From IMG/VR virus record IMGVR_UViG_2595698685_000001, positions 58,025 through 122,024 of that record: a stretch of DNA of 64,000 nt; one strand, written 5' to 3'. Source of the DNA: a virus. Its lineage: Duplodnaviria; Caudoviricetes. The first letter of the stretch is position 1; every line of letters starts with the position of its first letter. Of this stretch, positions 1 to 9,246 are shown piece after piece. The notes beneath the pieces were generated by a model. The model was not told the origin of the DNA and ran no database searches. It saw only the letters and a program-made list of their open reading frames with translations. The translations under genes were made by a program, and so were the position numbers.

Positions 1-171
1 AACCGTATCCTACATCCAGAAGGTTTTGCATTAGCTAGAGATACTGGTACAGGCTTTTCTCCAGGAGCCTTGTTTGTAGAAGGTGACACATGGGAGTACG
101 ATGAGTACGACTTAGATGTGGCCGCTGCACGTCTTGAAACCAATGGTTTTGATGTAGAACTAATTCGATAA
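1..171 (+). CDS. 3' end of hypothetical protein (truncated by window start)
   Basis: Frame 1 is open from base 1 (NRILHPEGFALARD...FDVELIR) to TAA at 169-171 and is followed by a terminator. Confidence 0.7.
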   Translation, partial: NRILHPEGFALARDTGTGFSPGALFVEGDTWEYDEYDLDVAAARLETNGFDVELIR

Positions 172-187
172 TTGTTGGCACACCCCT

Positions 188-216
188 AAGTCCGAGTCAT
201 TATGACTCGGACTTTT
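188..216 (+). terminator. Intrinsic terminator
   Basis: 12-bp stem AAGTCCGAGTCA/TGACTCGGACTT ending in a T tract, just after the stop codon. Confidence 0.8.
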
Positions 217-258
217 GTGCATTTGAAAGGTCTGCCTGTCCGGATTCAAAAAATGCAC

Positions 259-287
259 TTGCCATTTGCCATCGGACTTGTTATAAT
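259..287 (+). promoter_or_regulatory. Sigma70-type early promoter
   Basis: TTGCCA-17-TATAAT with an A-rich upstream tract. Confidence 0.85.
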
Positions 288-386
288 AGATGCATCAATT
301 GAGAGTACTTCGTTAAGACACAAGTTTTACCGAATTGCTTTTTGCTAATTGGGATACGGAACAGTTCGGCTGCCCCATCACCTTTT

Positions 387-705
387 GGTTATTATATAAC
401 TTTGCAATTACTAATAAATAGGATACAGACTAGCTACACTTCGTAAACCGGCTGAAAGACCCGGATATAGCGGCATAGATTAAGGTTGCCGACCACTATA
501 GCGAAAGGGGTGAGATTCCCTGAGAAGTGTTGCACAACCTCAATTACAGTGTTGGGCGGGACAGGATCTACGCGACACAGATACGGGACGACTTAGCGGT
601 CTCCTTAGCTCGTATTGATTGAGGCATAAGCCAGTGTAGGGTCGATAAGGGGGTTGCCATCCCTTACGGTATCTGATAAAAGTATTTGTAGGTTATATAA
701 TAACC
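387..705 (+). ncRNA. Candidate large structured RNA / leader of obp
   Basis: Nested long-range helices 387-412/681-705, 421-426/669-674, 428-440/633-643, 538-546/616-624, 549-554/573-578, 581-587/609-615 plus local hairpins; no ORF on +; promoter upstream. Confidence 0.65.
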
Positions 706-761
706 CTCTCTCTAATGAGTTGGGCATGTAGCAATAGTATAAACTAACAGAAGGACTGTAA

Positions 762-3572
762 ATGTTTTCTATCTTAGAAGGCCATGAGGGTTTCACCCGA
801 GATCTCTCTACTGGTACGTGGAAAAGTGTTAAGTCCACAGACCATGTCTTTGCAAAAGAATTTAGCTCTAGTAATCCCAAGGGTAAACCCTCTGCCCTAC
901 CATATAAATTTAATGTGGTGGACGAAGTGTACCCGGAAACCCTACGTGACGCACTACTTATGCTGGAGAAGCTAACAAATACTCCACATACTGTAGCAGT
1001 TAGGGGTAAGTGCGTAGTCGCTAGAACTGGAATACGTAGACGTAGAGCTAATTTTGATATATCTATCCCAAGTAAGATTATAGCCTTAGACGTTGATGGG
1101 CTAGACATTGGTGCGGACATTCCCTTCTGGGATCTAGAAGCGCAGGGTAGGTATGTAATAAAACTACTTAATAGTATCAGTGAGGATATGTTCCCACTAA
1201 ATGCAGGGTTTGTAGCTCATGCATCATCTTCTGCTGGCCTTAAAACGGGTATACGTATGCACTTGGTATTGCAGAGTAATATACCTGTGACACAAGGTCA
1301 ATTAAAGTTCCTGTTCACTACTGTTAATGATAGTAGTCGACAAAAGTCCTACGGAGAAATAGCTGACTTAGCTTATTATTCATCCGTACAGGCCCACTAT
1401 TTTGCAGACCCCTTATTCCGTGATGGTATTGAAGATCCGTTTAAAGCGGAGAATAAGTCTCGTCTAGTATATGTTAAGGGCCCGGCAATAAACTTACCGA
1501 ATAATCTTCCTGACTTTGAGGCAACAAGAGGTGAGTTCAAAGAGGAGTTTTTGTCCTTACTTGACCAGATTCAAGGTATTGCAGAACCAACGGATAAAGT
1601 AGAGGATACCATTGCAGAATTAGAAGAGGCTGACGATGGTGTATATCTTCGTATTATACCGAAGCTTTACCACAGAGCTTTGGAGGATGGAGTTGACTTC
1701 TCATGGCTTGAGAAAGAGATAACCCCCGCTCTGACAGAGTACATTATGACCAAGGATAACTCTAGGACAATCAATGATTACTTTGTTAATGGTAGACGTC
1801 AAGCACTGAAAGCATTTGTTAATAACTCCAAACGAGAAATACCTTCCGGCAACCTAAAAGGTATTCCACTCAAGGAGTTAACCTCAGATAATGTACCACA
1901 TAACAACTATCTTGTTATGACTAAAGTCCCACCAGAAGGCACACTTACTTTTGTAAAGGCTAGTCTAGGTACAGGTAAAACAACTGCGGTAGTTCGTTGG
2001 TTAGAGGCAGGAGTTCTCCCTGGGAAGTTCCTAGCTATCACAAATACTAGAGCTTTAGTATCTTCCAATGCTAAGAAGTTTGATGCAGGTCAGTACAATC
2101 AGTCTATTGACATGTTAAACTTCAAACGTGGTACCACCCAACGCATGTCCTCTACTATTCACTCCATACATCGTTTTAAAAACTTTGTCGGAGAGATTGA
2201 TACTATCTTTATAGATGAGTGCGATGCAGTGATGAATGATTTATTGTTTGCCCCTGTTGTTCGCCAACGTAGAGAGTGTATTAACGTGCTAAGAGAACTA
2301 CTGCTTAGTGCAAAACGGGTGATTTTATCAGATGGTGACATTAGCGGAGAAACTATTGAGGCTTATGGGGCTTTAATAGACTTTGATAAACCAGTGAACT
2401 ATTATGTTCATCATCGGAAGATGTTGTCAGGAGCTAATGCATATGAATTCCCTGATGAAAAGAGTATTTGGGTTGCATTGCAAACTAGCTTAGAGCTAGG
2501 GGAGAAGTGTATCTTAGTTTCAGACTGTGGCCCTGACGAACTCAATGAGAAAGGCATGGCTCTTAGGAGAAACACAGATTGTATTGTCAAGGAGATTCAT
2601 TCTAACTCTACTTCTGATATAGATATACGAAGAATCCTAGACTATACTACTGAAGAGCTAACAACTCAACAAATAGATGGGCTATTATGTAGTCCATCTG
2701 TGACAAGTGGAGTAGACTTTAACTACTTTGATAGTGTATTCGTTATAACTCGAACATCCAATCAAGCGCCAAACATGCGCTTTCAGGCAATTAGGCGCGA
2801 CCGTGGAGCTAAGAATATCTACTATTTCATTGATAAATCAACTAGTGGATTTTCCGCAGGTTCTGAGCAATATAATGCGGATGAAGGATGGTTTGAATTT
2901 GCACAGCAGTTGTTTGCTAAACGTAGGGAGTTAGAGTCTAGGAACTATATCAGCACTTTGAGGTATTATTTGCTTGACCAAGGCGCTAGAATAACTATAT
3001 TCAGTGAGAGTTGGGGTAGCATAGATAGTGCTTCCGAGGAGTATACTCAGGAAAGGATAAGAGCAATACTCCACAGTACTCAGGAATACTGTATGCCTAG
3101 ACATGCGGATGCTTATGAAGCCAAGCTAATGCTAGTGCATTACTATCATTTAGAGAGCGTCAAGGATGTTACAGAAGAACTGGTTGCACAGTATATTAGT
3201 GATAAACCAGATCAAAGAGCAGCATTCTTCCACAAGTTACAGGATGTGTTCTGGGAATCTATTAAGAAGTGCAATAATGTAACTATCTCGCCTTTTATAG
3301 AAGCATTGAAAAAGCATAAGAAAGACTTCTTTATTCGTACAGGTCAAAGCTCTAACCCCAAATATGCCAGAATGTACCTAGGTATGATGGGAATTAAATC
3401 TGACTTTGATTTTGACAAGGTTGTGGATTGGTATAGAACCTTTTGTAGACTAGAAGGGATTCCTATTCCAGGCAAGTTCATGACCAGAGAAGAACAGATT
3501 ATGAGAGAAGAGCAACAGTCTGAACTAGGAGTTAGAGCTAATGACAGACCCTCGATGGAAGACGAGACGTAA
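762..3572 (+). CDS. obp: Replication origin-binding protein (N-terminal primase-polymerase-like domain + SF2 helicase)
   Basis: 936 aa; LDVD and RMHL primpol-like motifs; Walker A ASLGTGKT, DECD, TSGVDF, QAIRRDR; T5 synteny upstream of D2. Confidence 0.9.
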   Translation: MFSILEGHEGFTRDLSTGTWKSVKSTDHVFAKEFSSSNPKGKPSALPYKFNVVDEVYPETLRDALLMLEKLTNTPHTVAVRGKCVVARTGIRRRRANFDISIPSKIIALDVDGLDIGADIPFWDLEAQGRYVIKLLNSISEDMFPLNAGFVAHASSSAGLKTGIRMHLVLQSNIPVTQGQLKFLFTTVNDSSRQKSYGEIADLAYYSSVQAHYFADPLFRDGIEDPFKAENKSRLVYVKGPAINLPNNLPDFEATRGEFKEEFLSLLDQIQGIAEPTDKVEDTIAELEEADDGVYLRIIPKLYHRALEDGVDFSWLEKEITPALTEYIMTKDNSRTINDYFVNGRRQALKAFVNNSKREIPSGNLKGIPLKELTSDNVPHNNYLVMTKVPPEGTLTFVKASLGTGKTTAVVRWLEAGVLPGKFLAITNTRALVSSNAKKFDAGQYNQSIDMLNFKRGTTQRMSSTIHSIHRFKNFVGEIDTIFIDECDAVMNDLLFAPVVRQRRECINVLRELLLSAKRVILSDGDISGETIEAYGALIDFDKPVNYYVHHRKMLSGANAYEFPDEKSIWVALQTSLELGEKCILVSDCGPDELNEKGMALRRNTDCIVKEIHSNSTSDIDIRRILDYTTEELTTQQIDGLLCSPSVTSGVDFNYFDSVFVITRTSNQAPNMRFQAIRRDRGAKNIYYFIDKSTSGFSAGSEQYNADEGWFEFAQQLFAKRRELESRNYISTLRYYLLDQGARITIFSESWGSIDSASEEYTQERIRAILHSTQEYCMPRHADAYEAKLMLVHYYHLESVKDVTEELVAQYISDKPDQRAAFFHKLQDVFWESIKKCNNVTISPFIEALKKHKKDFFIRTGQSSNPKYARMYLGMMGIKSDFDFDKVVDWYRTFCRLEGIPIPGKFMTREEQIMREEQQSELGVRANDRPSMEDET

Positions 3573-3780
3573 TCCTAGAAAGAAAGTGGCTCCTAAACCT
3601 GAGGTAGAACTTTGTAGGGTTCTACCTCATAGGTTAGCCCACATACCGGGAGCTGTAGAATGGTTAGTGAGCAAGCCTAAAAGACGGCTAGATACTAGGG
3701 TAAGTTTTGAACTGAGAAAACTTTATGCAGAGTTGGCCAGTCTAGTGAAAAATTCACTTGCAAAAGAACACAATATTTGA
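3541..3780 (+). CDS. Hypothetical basic protein
   Basis: 79-aa ORF with GGAG SD, between obp and D2 as in T5-like phages. Confidence 0.7.
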   Translation: MTDPRWKTRRNPRKKVAPKPEVELCRVLPHRLAHIPGAVEWLVSKPKRRLDTRVSFELRKLYAELASLVKNSLAKEHNI

Positions 3781-3786
3781 TATAAT
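3758..3786 (+). promoter_or_regulatory. Sigma70-type promoter
   Basis: TTGCAA-17-TATAAT. Confidence 0.85.
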
Positions 3787-3817
3787 GTGTTTAATAAATT
3801 GATAAAGGAATTTAGAC

Positions 3818-4507
3818 ATGTCTATTCGCAGAAAGAAAAGCATACACGATATTAGTGATGATACCTTTAAAGCTGTTATAGAACACTTAGAAAACGGTGG
3901 AACTAAAAAGCGCGCCTGTGAAATGCTTAACGTAAGCTCTAATACTACTATGGAACGTATGGTACTAGAGTGGCAGGAAAATCAGGTAGTCATTGCTGAA
4001 ATGAAGAAAAAGAAGCGTGGCACACCAATAGAGGGTATTGAGCTTGCAAATATCATTGAATCCTATCTGCAAGGCGATTCCTTTGATGAGATAGCAACTC
4101 GTAACTATCGCTCAACAAGCATGGTTAAAGCATCTTTGGAAAGAGCGGGAGCGTTACTCCGTATTCAAGGTACTCCAGATCCACTTCACCCACCAATGAT
4201 TCCAGACGAGGCTGTTGCAGAATCTTTTGAAATTGGAGAGCACGTATGGGTTCCTGGGTACCAAATGATTGGTGAAATTATTACACCGATAACTAATCCA
4301 GTAGGAGGATATAGGGTATACCTGTTAGGGGAATCCACTCAACAATACATTCATGTAATGTACTACGAATTAGCATCCGTACGTCACCTAGAGAAGTTAG
4401 GTGTCAACATTAAGTCTCTAGGGTTTAAATGGACAAAAGAGGATTCTTACACACTTCTCAATGAGGCTGTGAGATCTGCTCTAAAACGTGAGAAGTCTAC
4501 CAAGTAA
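3818..4507 (+). CDS. D2: D2 DNA-binding protein
   Basis: 229 aa with HTH-like segments; size and position match T5 D2. Confidence 0.8.
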   Translation: MSIRRKKSIHDISDDTFKAVIEHLENGGTKKRACEMLNVSSNTTMERMVLEWQENQVVIAEMKKKKRGTPIEGIELANIIESYLQGDSFDEIATRNYRSTSMVKASLERAGALLRIQGTPDPLHPPMIPDEAVAESFEIGEHVWVPGYQMIGEIITPITNPVGGYRVYLLGESTQQYIHVMYYELASVRHLEKLGVNIKSLGFKWTKEDSYTLLNEAVRSALKREKSTK

Positions 4508-4520
4508 CCATAAATTGTAC

Positions 4521-4549
4521 TTGCTCAATACCACTTTTTGTTTTATACT
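4521..4549 (+). promoter_or_regulatory. Sigma70-type promoter
   Basis: TTGCTC-17-TATACT. Confidence 0.8.
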
Positions 4550-4588
4550 AGATGTATAAATTAATTAACCAACCGAGGAAATAAAAAC

Positions 4589-4993
4589 ATGGCAGCAGTA
4601 ACCCAATGGACCGAAGAACTTTTCAACGAACTGGCCTCTGAATACCAATCAAAGATCAATGCGTATCCAGAAGACGAGCGTGGAACAGTTAGTATGGAAA
4701 TCGTTAACGAAGTAGCAAAAGCTGCTGGTGTAACAGCTAACGGACTTCGTATTAAACTTACCAATGCTGGTCTGTATGTTCGTAAAACTACAGTAACTAA
4801 ACCTGCCGCAACTAAAGGCGAAAGCAAATCTGGTGGAGCACGCACATCTAAAGCAGATGCACACAGTGCACTACGTGGAGCATTCTCTGATGCAGGTCTG
4901 GAAGATGGATTCTTAGATGATGAAATCATTGATAAGTTAACTGGTAAAGCCGCACTGCACCTTGCAGAAGCTGTTCGTAAAATCACTAAATAA
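4589..4993 (+). CDS. D3: D3 DNA-binding protein
   Basis: 134 aa; WTEELF...GLRIKLTNAGLYV...IIDKLTGKAA pattern; position matches T5 D3. Confidence 0.8.
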   Translation: MAAVTQWTEELFNELASEYQSKINAYPEDERGTVSMEIVNEVAKAAGVTANGLRIKLTNAGLYVRKTTVTKPAATKGESKSGGARTSKADAHSALRGAFSDAGLEDGFLDDEIIDKLTGKAALHLAEAVRKITK

Positions 4994-5002
4994 GGATAGT
5001 CT

Positions 5003-5317
5003 ATGACTAAATCAGATATTGTAGCCCAATGCACTGAGTTTGGCGAGTTCTATATTCAGTATGAATATTTGAAGCCTAAGTCTGAGGGCGGCAAGCAAAG
5101 TCGCAAAACAACTTATCTACAGGGAACTATGGAGTTCTCTCCAGAACAAGATAAGTATGTCGCAGCACGATACAAAGCAGAACGTATTAAGCCTGCCGAT
5201 AAAGACCACATCCTAGTATTTAGTCGCACAGGGAATGTATTTCGGTATATCCCAGTATCCAAAGTCCGTAGAGTAACCAGCTTACAATACGAACTGGATA
5301 AAGCCAAAAAGTTCTAG
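5003..5317 (+). CDS. Hypothetical protein (conserved T5-like position)
   Basis: 104-aa ORF with AAGGA SD, between D3 and the PC4-like gene. Confidence 0.75.
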   Translation: MTKSDIVAQCTEFGEFYIQYEYLKPKSEGGKQSRKTTYLQGTMEFSPEQDKYVAARYKAERIKPADKDHILVFSRTGNVFRYIPVSKVRRVTSLQYELDKAKKF

Positions 5318-5318
5318 A

Positions 5319-5618
5319 ATGTCAGAAGTTAATCAGGATTACTCTGGTCATGAAGATGACCAGAGTTTCATCATATTTGAAAGAGAAGGAACAGAAATAC
5401 GACTAACCGTTTCTGAATTTAGAGATAACCTTTACCTAGGGTTTAGACTATGGCTCCAAGATATTAATGGAGAATGGTTCCCTACAAAATCAGGCTTTTC
5501 TTTTCCATACTCTATTGAAACCACATCGAGAATATTCAGAGCTTTCACTAAAATTCTAAGTGAGTCTGAAGTACTTTATGAAGTAGCTCAAAGAGCAAAA
5601 GAAAAGGCTGAAGAATGA
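5319..5618 (+). CDS. PC4/p15-like ssDNA-binding protein
   Basis: RLTVSEFRDNLYLGFRLW...GEWFPTKSGFSF is the PC4-fold signature. Confidence 0.85.
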   Translation: MSEVNQDYSGHEDDQSFIIFEREGTEIRLTVSEFRDNLYLGFRLWLQDINGEWFPTKSGFSFPYSIETTSRIFRAFTKILSESEVLYEVAQRAKEKAEE

Positions 5619-5636
5619 TTCTCTTCAGCCTTTTTT
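5602..5636 (+). terminator. Intrinsic terminator overlapping the PC4-like stop
   Basis: 13-bp stem AAAAGGCTGAAGA/TCTTCAGCCTTTT plus T6. Confidence 0.75.
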
Positions 5637-5671
5637 ATTTCATAAAGTATTTCTATAACCGGAGAACTAAA

Positions 5672-5992
5672 ATGAGTAAAGAAGTAATATACAATCAGAT
5701 AACAGCAGAACGAGATAGACAAGATGCCAAATGGGGTGTTCAGGATAATCATCCTCTTATGTGGAACACTATCCTGATGGAAGAAGTTGGTGAGGCTGCG
5801 GAAGCCACCCTAGACTGGCACTGGTCACATTGCACTGAAAATGGTTGCACAGAAGAAGAGAAGTTCAATAAACTTAGACATCTTCGTGAAGAACTTATTC
5901 AGATTGCAGCAGTAGCTGTTGCACACATTGAAAACTTAGATGGCTTTGCAGAGGAGAATTTCAGTGAGCTATTACGCAGGAATCGGGTCTAG
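5672..5992 (+). CDS. MazG-like nucleotide pyrophosphohydrolase
   Basis: ERDRQDAKWG, ILMEEVGEAAEA, LREELIQIAAVAVAHIE motifs; ATG 5672 has a GGAG SD. Confidence 0.8.
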   Translation: MSKEVIYNQITAERDRQDAKWGVQDNHPLMWNTILMEEVGEAAEATLDWHWSHCTENGCTEEEKFNKLRHLREELIQIAAVAVAHIENLDGFAEENFSELLRRNRV

Positions 5993-6533
5993 AGAGACTC
6001 CTGAGGCTATTACAGACCATATGTCTGATATGGCAGTAGAATTGTATTACTTAGGACTAACTCTGCTAAGCGGTAGAGCAGAAGGCCCAGATTGGGCATT
6101 CCAACGTGGTGCTGAGTATGCAATGACTGAATCTGGTGGCATAGTTAGACAGCAAATCTATCTTCCAAAGGATAGCTTCAATAGGAAGTTTGGTAATATT
6201 GGGGCTAGAAATCCGCAACACTGGAGTAACTATTCTGACGCTGAAGATATCATGGAAACCCTACACCCTAAAGGGCAGTACTTAACAGGATTTTCTAGAC
6301 AAGCACATACTAGAAACGTGTACCAAATTTTAGGAGATGATTTGGCTACTCCAGTATCTTTTGTTATTTGCTACGCGAAACCCCTAGGTAAAGTACGAGT
6401 TAGCGGAGGTACTGCAACTGCGGTAGCTTTAGCGCATAGACTAGGTATTCCAGTATACAATTTGTATGATGAAAAGAATATTGAAGCTGTGTACGACCTG
6501 ATTAAGGAACTAAAAGATGAAGCAAGTAATTAA
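5964..6533 (+). CDS. SLOG-superfamily (DprA/Smf-like) nucleotide-binding protein
   Basis: YAGIGSRETP, SGRAEGPD, RNVYQILG, GGTATAV..A..LGIPVYNL motifs; GTG start with GAGGAG SD. Confidence 0.7.
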   Translation: MSYYAGIGSRETPEAITDHMSDMAVELYYLGLTLLSGRAEGPDWAFQRGAEYAMTESGGIVRQQIYLPKDSFNRKFGNIGARNPQHWSNYSDAEDIMETLHPKGQYLTGFSRQAHTRNVYQILGDDLATPVSFVICYAKPLGKVRVSGGTATAVALAHRLGIPVYNLYDEKNIEAVYDLIKELKDEASN

Positions 6534-7497
6534 AGATTTTATACTACAGTGCCAAGAAGCCTACTATGAGGGTAAACCAATCATATCTAATGAGGAGTAT
6601 GACGCTTTAGTATTAAGGAATCCTCAAGAAGAGGAAGGCATAGGGGTGGAAGGTGACCAACCCCATCTATACCGAATGTATTCTCTTCAAAAGGTTTACC
6701 CAAATAGAGGGGACAGTACAGATATTCTAGAAGGCAATATGCTTATAGAAACCCCTAAAATTGATGGCTGTGCTATTTCTCTCCTGTATATTAAGGGAAA
6801 ATTAGTTCAGGCGTTAACTCGTGGAAATGGTACTAAAGGTAAAGATGTTACCCTTAATGCGCGTCAACTAAATATTCCACGAACTATTAGTAGACTTCAG
6901 CCTACACAGATCACTGGAGAAGTTGTAGTAACAAAAGAAGTGGAAAACATGCGTAACTATGCTTCAGGGGCTATGGGATTAAAGGACTATGACGCTTTCT
7001 TAGGCAAGATCATGGAAGGGGGACTAGTATTCGTAGCGTATGGAGTACAGGAAAGCACTTCTTATGTAGGTATTACTGATTCTTATCGCTGGGACTTAAG
7101 ACTTCTAGTAGAAGAAGGGTTTCTTACTGTAGGGGATATTGATCTGCATTTTAATTGGTATCCTACGGATGGTACGGTGGTTAGAGTAGACTACAATGAA
7201 GACTTCTTTAATTTAGGGTGGACTAACAAGTTCCCTAGGGCTGCATTTGCAATTAAAGAAGACGAGGAAGGGGTAGAAACTATCCTTCGCAGAGTGGAAT
7301 GGGCTACTGGTGCATCTGGTAAAGTAACTCCGGTAGGACATTTTGATCCTATAGTCATAGATGACGCTACTATCTCAAAAGCCACACTAAACAACGTAGG
7401 GTATATTAATATGCTTGACTTAGAGATAGGATGCAAGATATCAGTTATTCGTGCTGGGGGTATTATACCCAAGGTCATAGAGCGCGTGTATGACTGA
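6517..7497 (+). CDS. ligA: NAD-dependent DNA ligase subunit A (adenylation + OB domains)
   Basis: KIDG adenylation motif, TRGNG, RNYASG, PTDG, ATLNN, GGIIP. Confidence 0.93.
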   Translation: MKQVIKDFILQCQEAYYEGKPIISNEEYDALVLRNPQEEEGIGVEGDQPHLYRMYSLQKVYPNRGDSTDILEGNMLIETPKIDGCAISLLYIKGKLVQALTRGNGTKGKDVTLNARQLNIPRTISRLQPTQITGEVVVTKEVENMRNYASGAMGLKDYDAFLGKIMEGGLVFVAYGVQESTSYVGITDSYRWDLRLLVEEGFLTVGDIDLHFNWYPTDGTVVRVDYNEDFFNLGWTNKFPRAAFAIKEDEEGVETILRRVEWATGASGKVTPVGHFDPIVIDDATISKATLNNVGYINMLDLEIGCKISVIRAGGIIPKVIERVYD

Positions 7498-7541
7498 AAA
7501 CCCGTTTAAACGATTTCCTTTAGTGAATTAATAAAACATCG

Positions 7542-7570
7542 TTGACATTTACGCCGACACACTGTATACT
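7542..7570 (+). promoter_or_regulatory. Sigma70-type promoter
   Basis: TTGACA-17-TATACT. Confidence 0.85.
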
Positions 7571-7629
7571 ATTATTCATTGATTCGGGAAGGACAACTTA
7601 AGAGCGAGCAAATACAGGAAAAATTGTAT

Positions 7630-7658
7630 TTGCTTTCAAAGCTAAGAGTTGTTATAAT
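7630..7658 (+). promoter_or_regulatory. Sigma70-type promoter
   Basis: TTGCTT-17-TATAAT. Confidence 0.85.
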
Positions 7659-7688
7659 ATATGTATAGTGATTAGTAAGGAACCTCAA

Positions 7689-8438
7689 TTGAAAATTGAA
7701 ATACCAACACACTGTCCTTCCTGCGGAGGTAAACTTGAACTAGTTGAGGCTCAATTGTTTTGTAGAAACAAAGATGCCTGCCCCGCACAATCCTCAAAAC
7801 TTCTAGAACAGTTTTGCAAGAAACTAAAGCTAAAAGGTTTTGGGCCACAAACACTAGCTAAGCTAGGGATTAGTTCTATATCAGAACTGTGGTTTTTAAC
7901 AAAGGAAGATCTAACACTAGCAGTAGGAGCAAAAGTAGCAGCTAAACTAGAAATAGAGTTAGCAACTAAACTTAAAACTGCTGTTATGTTTCAGGATGTT
8001 TTAGCTGCATTAGGCATACCTTTATTGGGTGATGTTGCAGCAAGGAAGTTAGCCACGGAATTTAATTCTTTCAAAGGAATTAAGGCGGAAGGTAAACTAG
8101 GTGAGAATCTACAGAAGTGGTTAGAATCTACATCAGGTAAAGAAATAGTTGCTCTGCCATGGACATTTGTTCATAAATCCAGCTCTATAGCTTCCAAGCA
8201 ACTTGGAATAGAAGTATGCATTACAGGTTCATTACGTGACTATAAAAATCGTAATGATGCCATCGAATATTTAACAGGTTTAGGAGTTGTAGTCAAGGCT
8301 ACAGTGACTAAATCAGTCAAGTATCTAATCTGTGAAGATGATAGCAAAAAAGCTTCATCCTCGTACAAAAAAGCCCAACAGAACGGGATAGAAATCCTGT
8401 CAATCAAAGAACTCTTGGAGAAAATTTATAATGTCTAA
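7689..8438 (+). CDS. ligB: NAD-dependent DNA ligase subunit B (Zn finger, HhH, BRCT)
   Basis: CPSC...C...C zinc finger, LGIPLLG HhH, VCITGSL/KAQQNGIEI BRCT; likely TTG start at 7689 after AAGGA. Confidence 0.9.
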   Translation: MKIEIPTHCPSCGGKLELVEAQLFCRNKDACPAQSSKLLEQFCKKLKLKGFGPQTLAKLGISSISELWFLTKEDLTLAVGAKVAAKLEIELATKLKTAVMFQDVLAALGIPLLGDVAARKLATEFNSFKGIKAEGKLGENLQKWLESTSGKEIVALPWTFVHKSSSIASKQLGIEVCITGSLRDYKNRNDAIEYLTGLGVVVKATVTKSVKYLICEDDSKKASSSYKKAQQNGIEILSIKELLEKIYNV

Positions 8439-9189
8439 ATTAGTATGGAACGAAGAAAACACTAACACCCTTATTGCCAAAGCTCAAAACCTGTCTGCTG
8501 ATGTAATCAGTCAAGAACATACAGCAACAATTGCTACTGAGCTGGCCAATGAAACTGGCAAGGACGTGTCTGCTCGTTCAGTAGGTTCTAAGCTGCGTAA
8601 GCTAGGATTCTCTGTTCAGAAGGCTAACGAAGCTGTCAAGTCTGCATGGGGTGAAGATCAGGTTGCTGAACTGGAAGATTTCCTAGCTAAGTACCCAGGC
8701 GCGTATACCTACGCTGAAATTGCTGCTGCTGTTGCAGGTGGTGCATTCAGTCCTAAGCAGGTTCAAGGTAAGATTCTGAGTCTGGAACTGACTGGTGCTG
8801 TTAAGCCAACTGAACGTGCTGCTCCTGCTCGTACCTTCTCTGTTGAAGAAGAAGCTAAGTTCATTTCTCTGGTTGCTCAGGGCAAATCTATTGAGCAGAT
8901 TGCAGAAGTATTCGGCAAGAATATCAAGCAGGTTCGTGGTAAGGCTCTGTCTCTGCTACGTGAAGAACGTATCGCTGCTATCCCAGCTCAGGAAACTTCT
9001 GCTGCTAAGGCTCGTGAAGATGTTCTCGGTGATCTGGATATCGCTTCCCTGACTGTTGCGGAAATCGCTACTGCAACTGGTAAGTCAGAACGTGGTGTTA
9101 AGTCTATGCTGTCACGTCGTGGTGTTACTGCGAAGGATTATGATGGTGCTGCTAAGCGTCAGAAGTTGGACGACAAAGCTGCTAAGTAA
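8431..9189 (+). CDS. D5: D5 DNA-binding transcription regulator
   Basis: 252 aa with repeated HTH-like units; follows ligB as in T5. Confidence 0.88.
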   Translation: MSKLVWNEENTNTLIAKAQNLSADVISQEHTATIATELANETGKDVSARSVGSKLRKLGFSVQKANEAVKSAWGEDQVAELEDFLAKYPGAYTYAEIAAAVAGGAFSPKQVQGKILSLELTGAVKPTERAAPARTFSVEEEAKFISLVAQGKSIEQIAEVFGKNIKQVRGKALSLLREERIAAIPAQETSAAKAREDVLGDLDIASLTVAEIATATGKSERGVKSMLSRRGVTAKDYDGAAKRQKLDDKAAK

Positions 9190-9210
9190 TTAGTAACTAA
9201 ATAACCTTAT

Positions 9211-9246
9211 AAGGGGATGGGCTTTTTGTCCCATCCCCTTTTCTTT
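9211..9246 (+). terminator. Intrinsic terminator
   Basis: AAGGGGATGGG/CCCATCCCCTT stem + T tract. Confidence 0.85.

Noticed and set aside
387-705. Group I/II intron, tmRNA, RNase P or cobalamin riboswitch identity for the obp-upstream RNA
   Set aside because: No interrupted ORF, and I could not find the diagnostic conserved motifs of these families; left as unclassified
605-1120. 171-aa minus-strand ORF
   Set aside because: Antisense shadow of obp and the structured leader; no convincing SD or motifs
5615-5671. N-terminal extension of the MazG-like ORF
   Set aside because: Runs through a terminator hairpin; ATG 5672 has the SD
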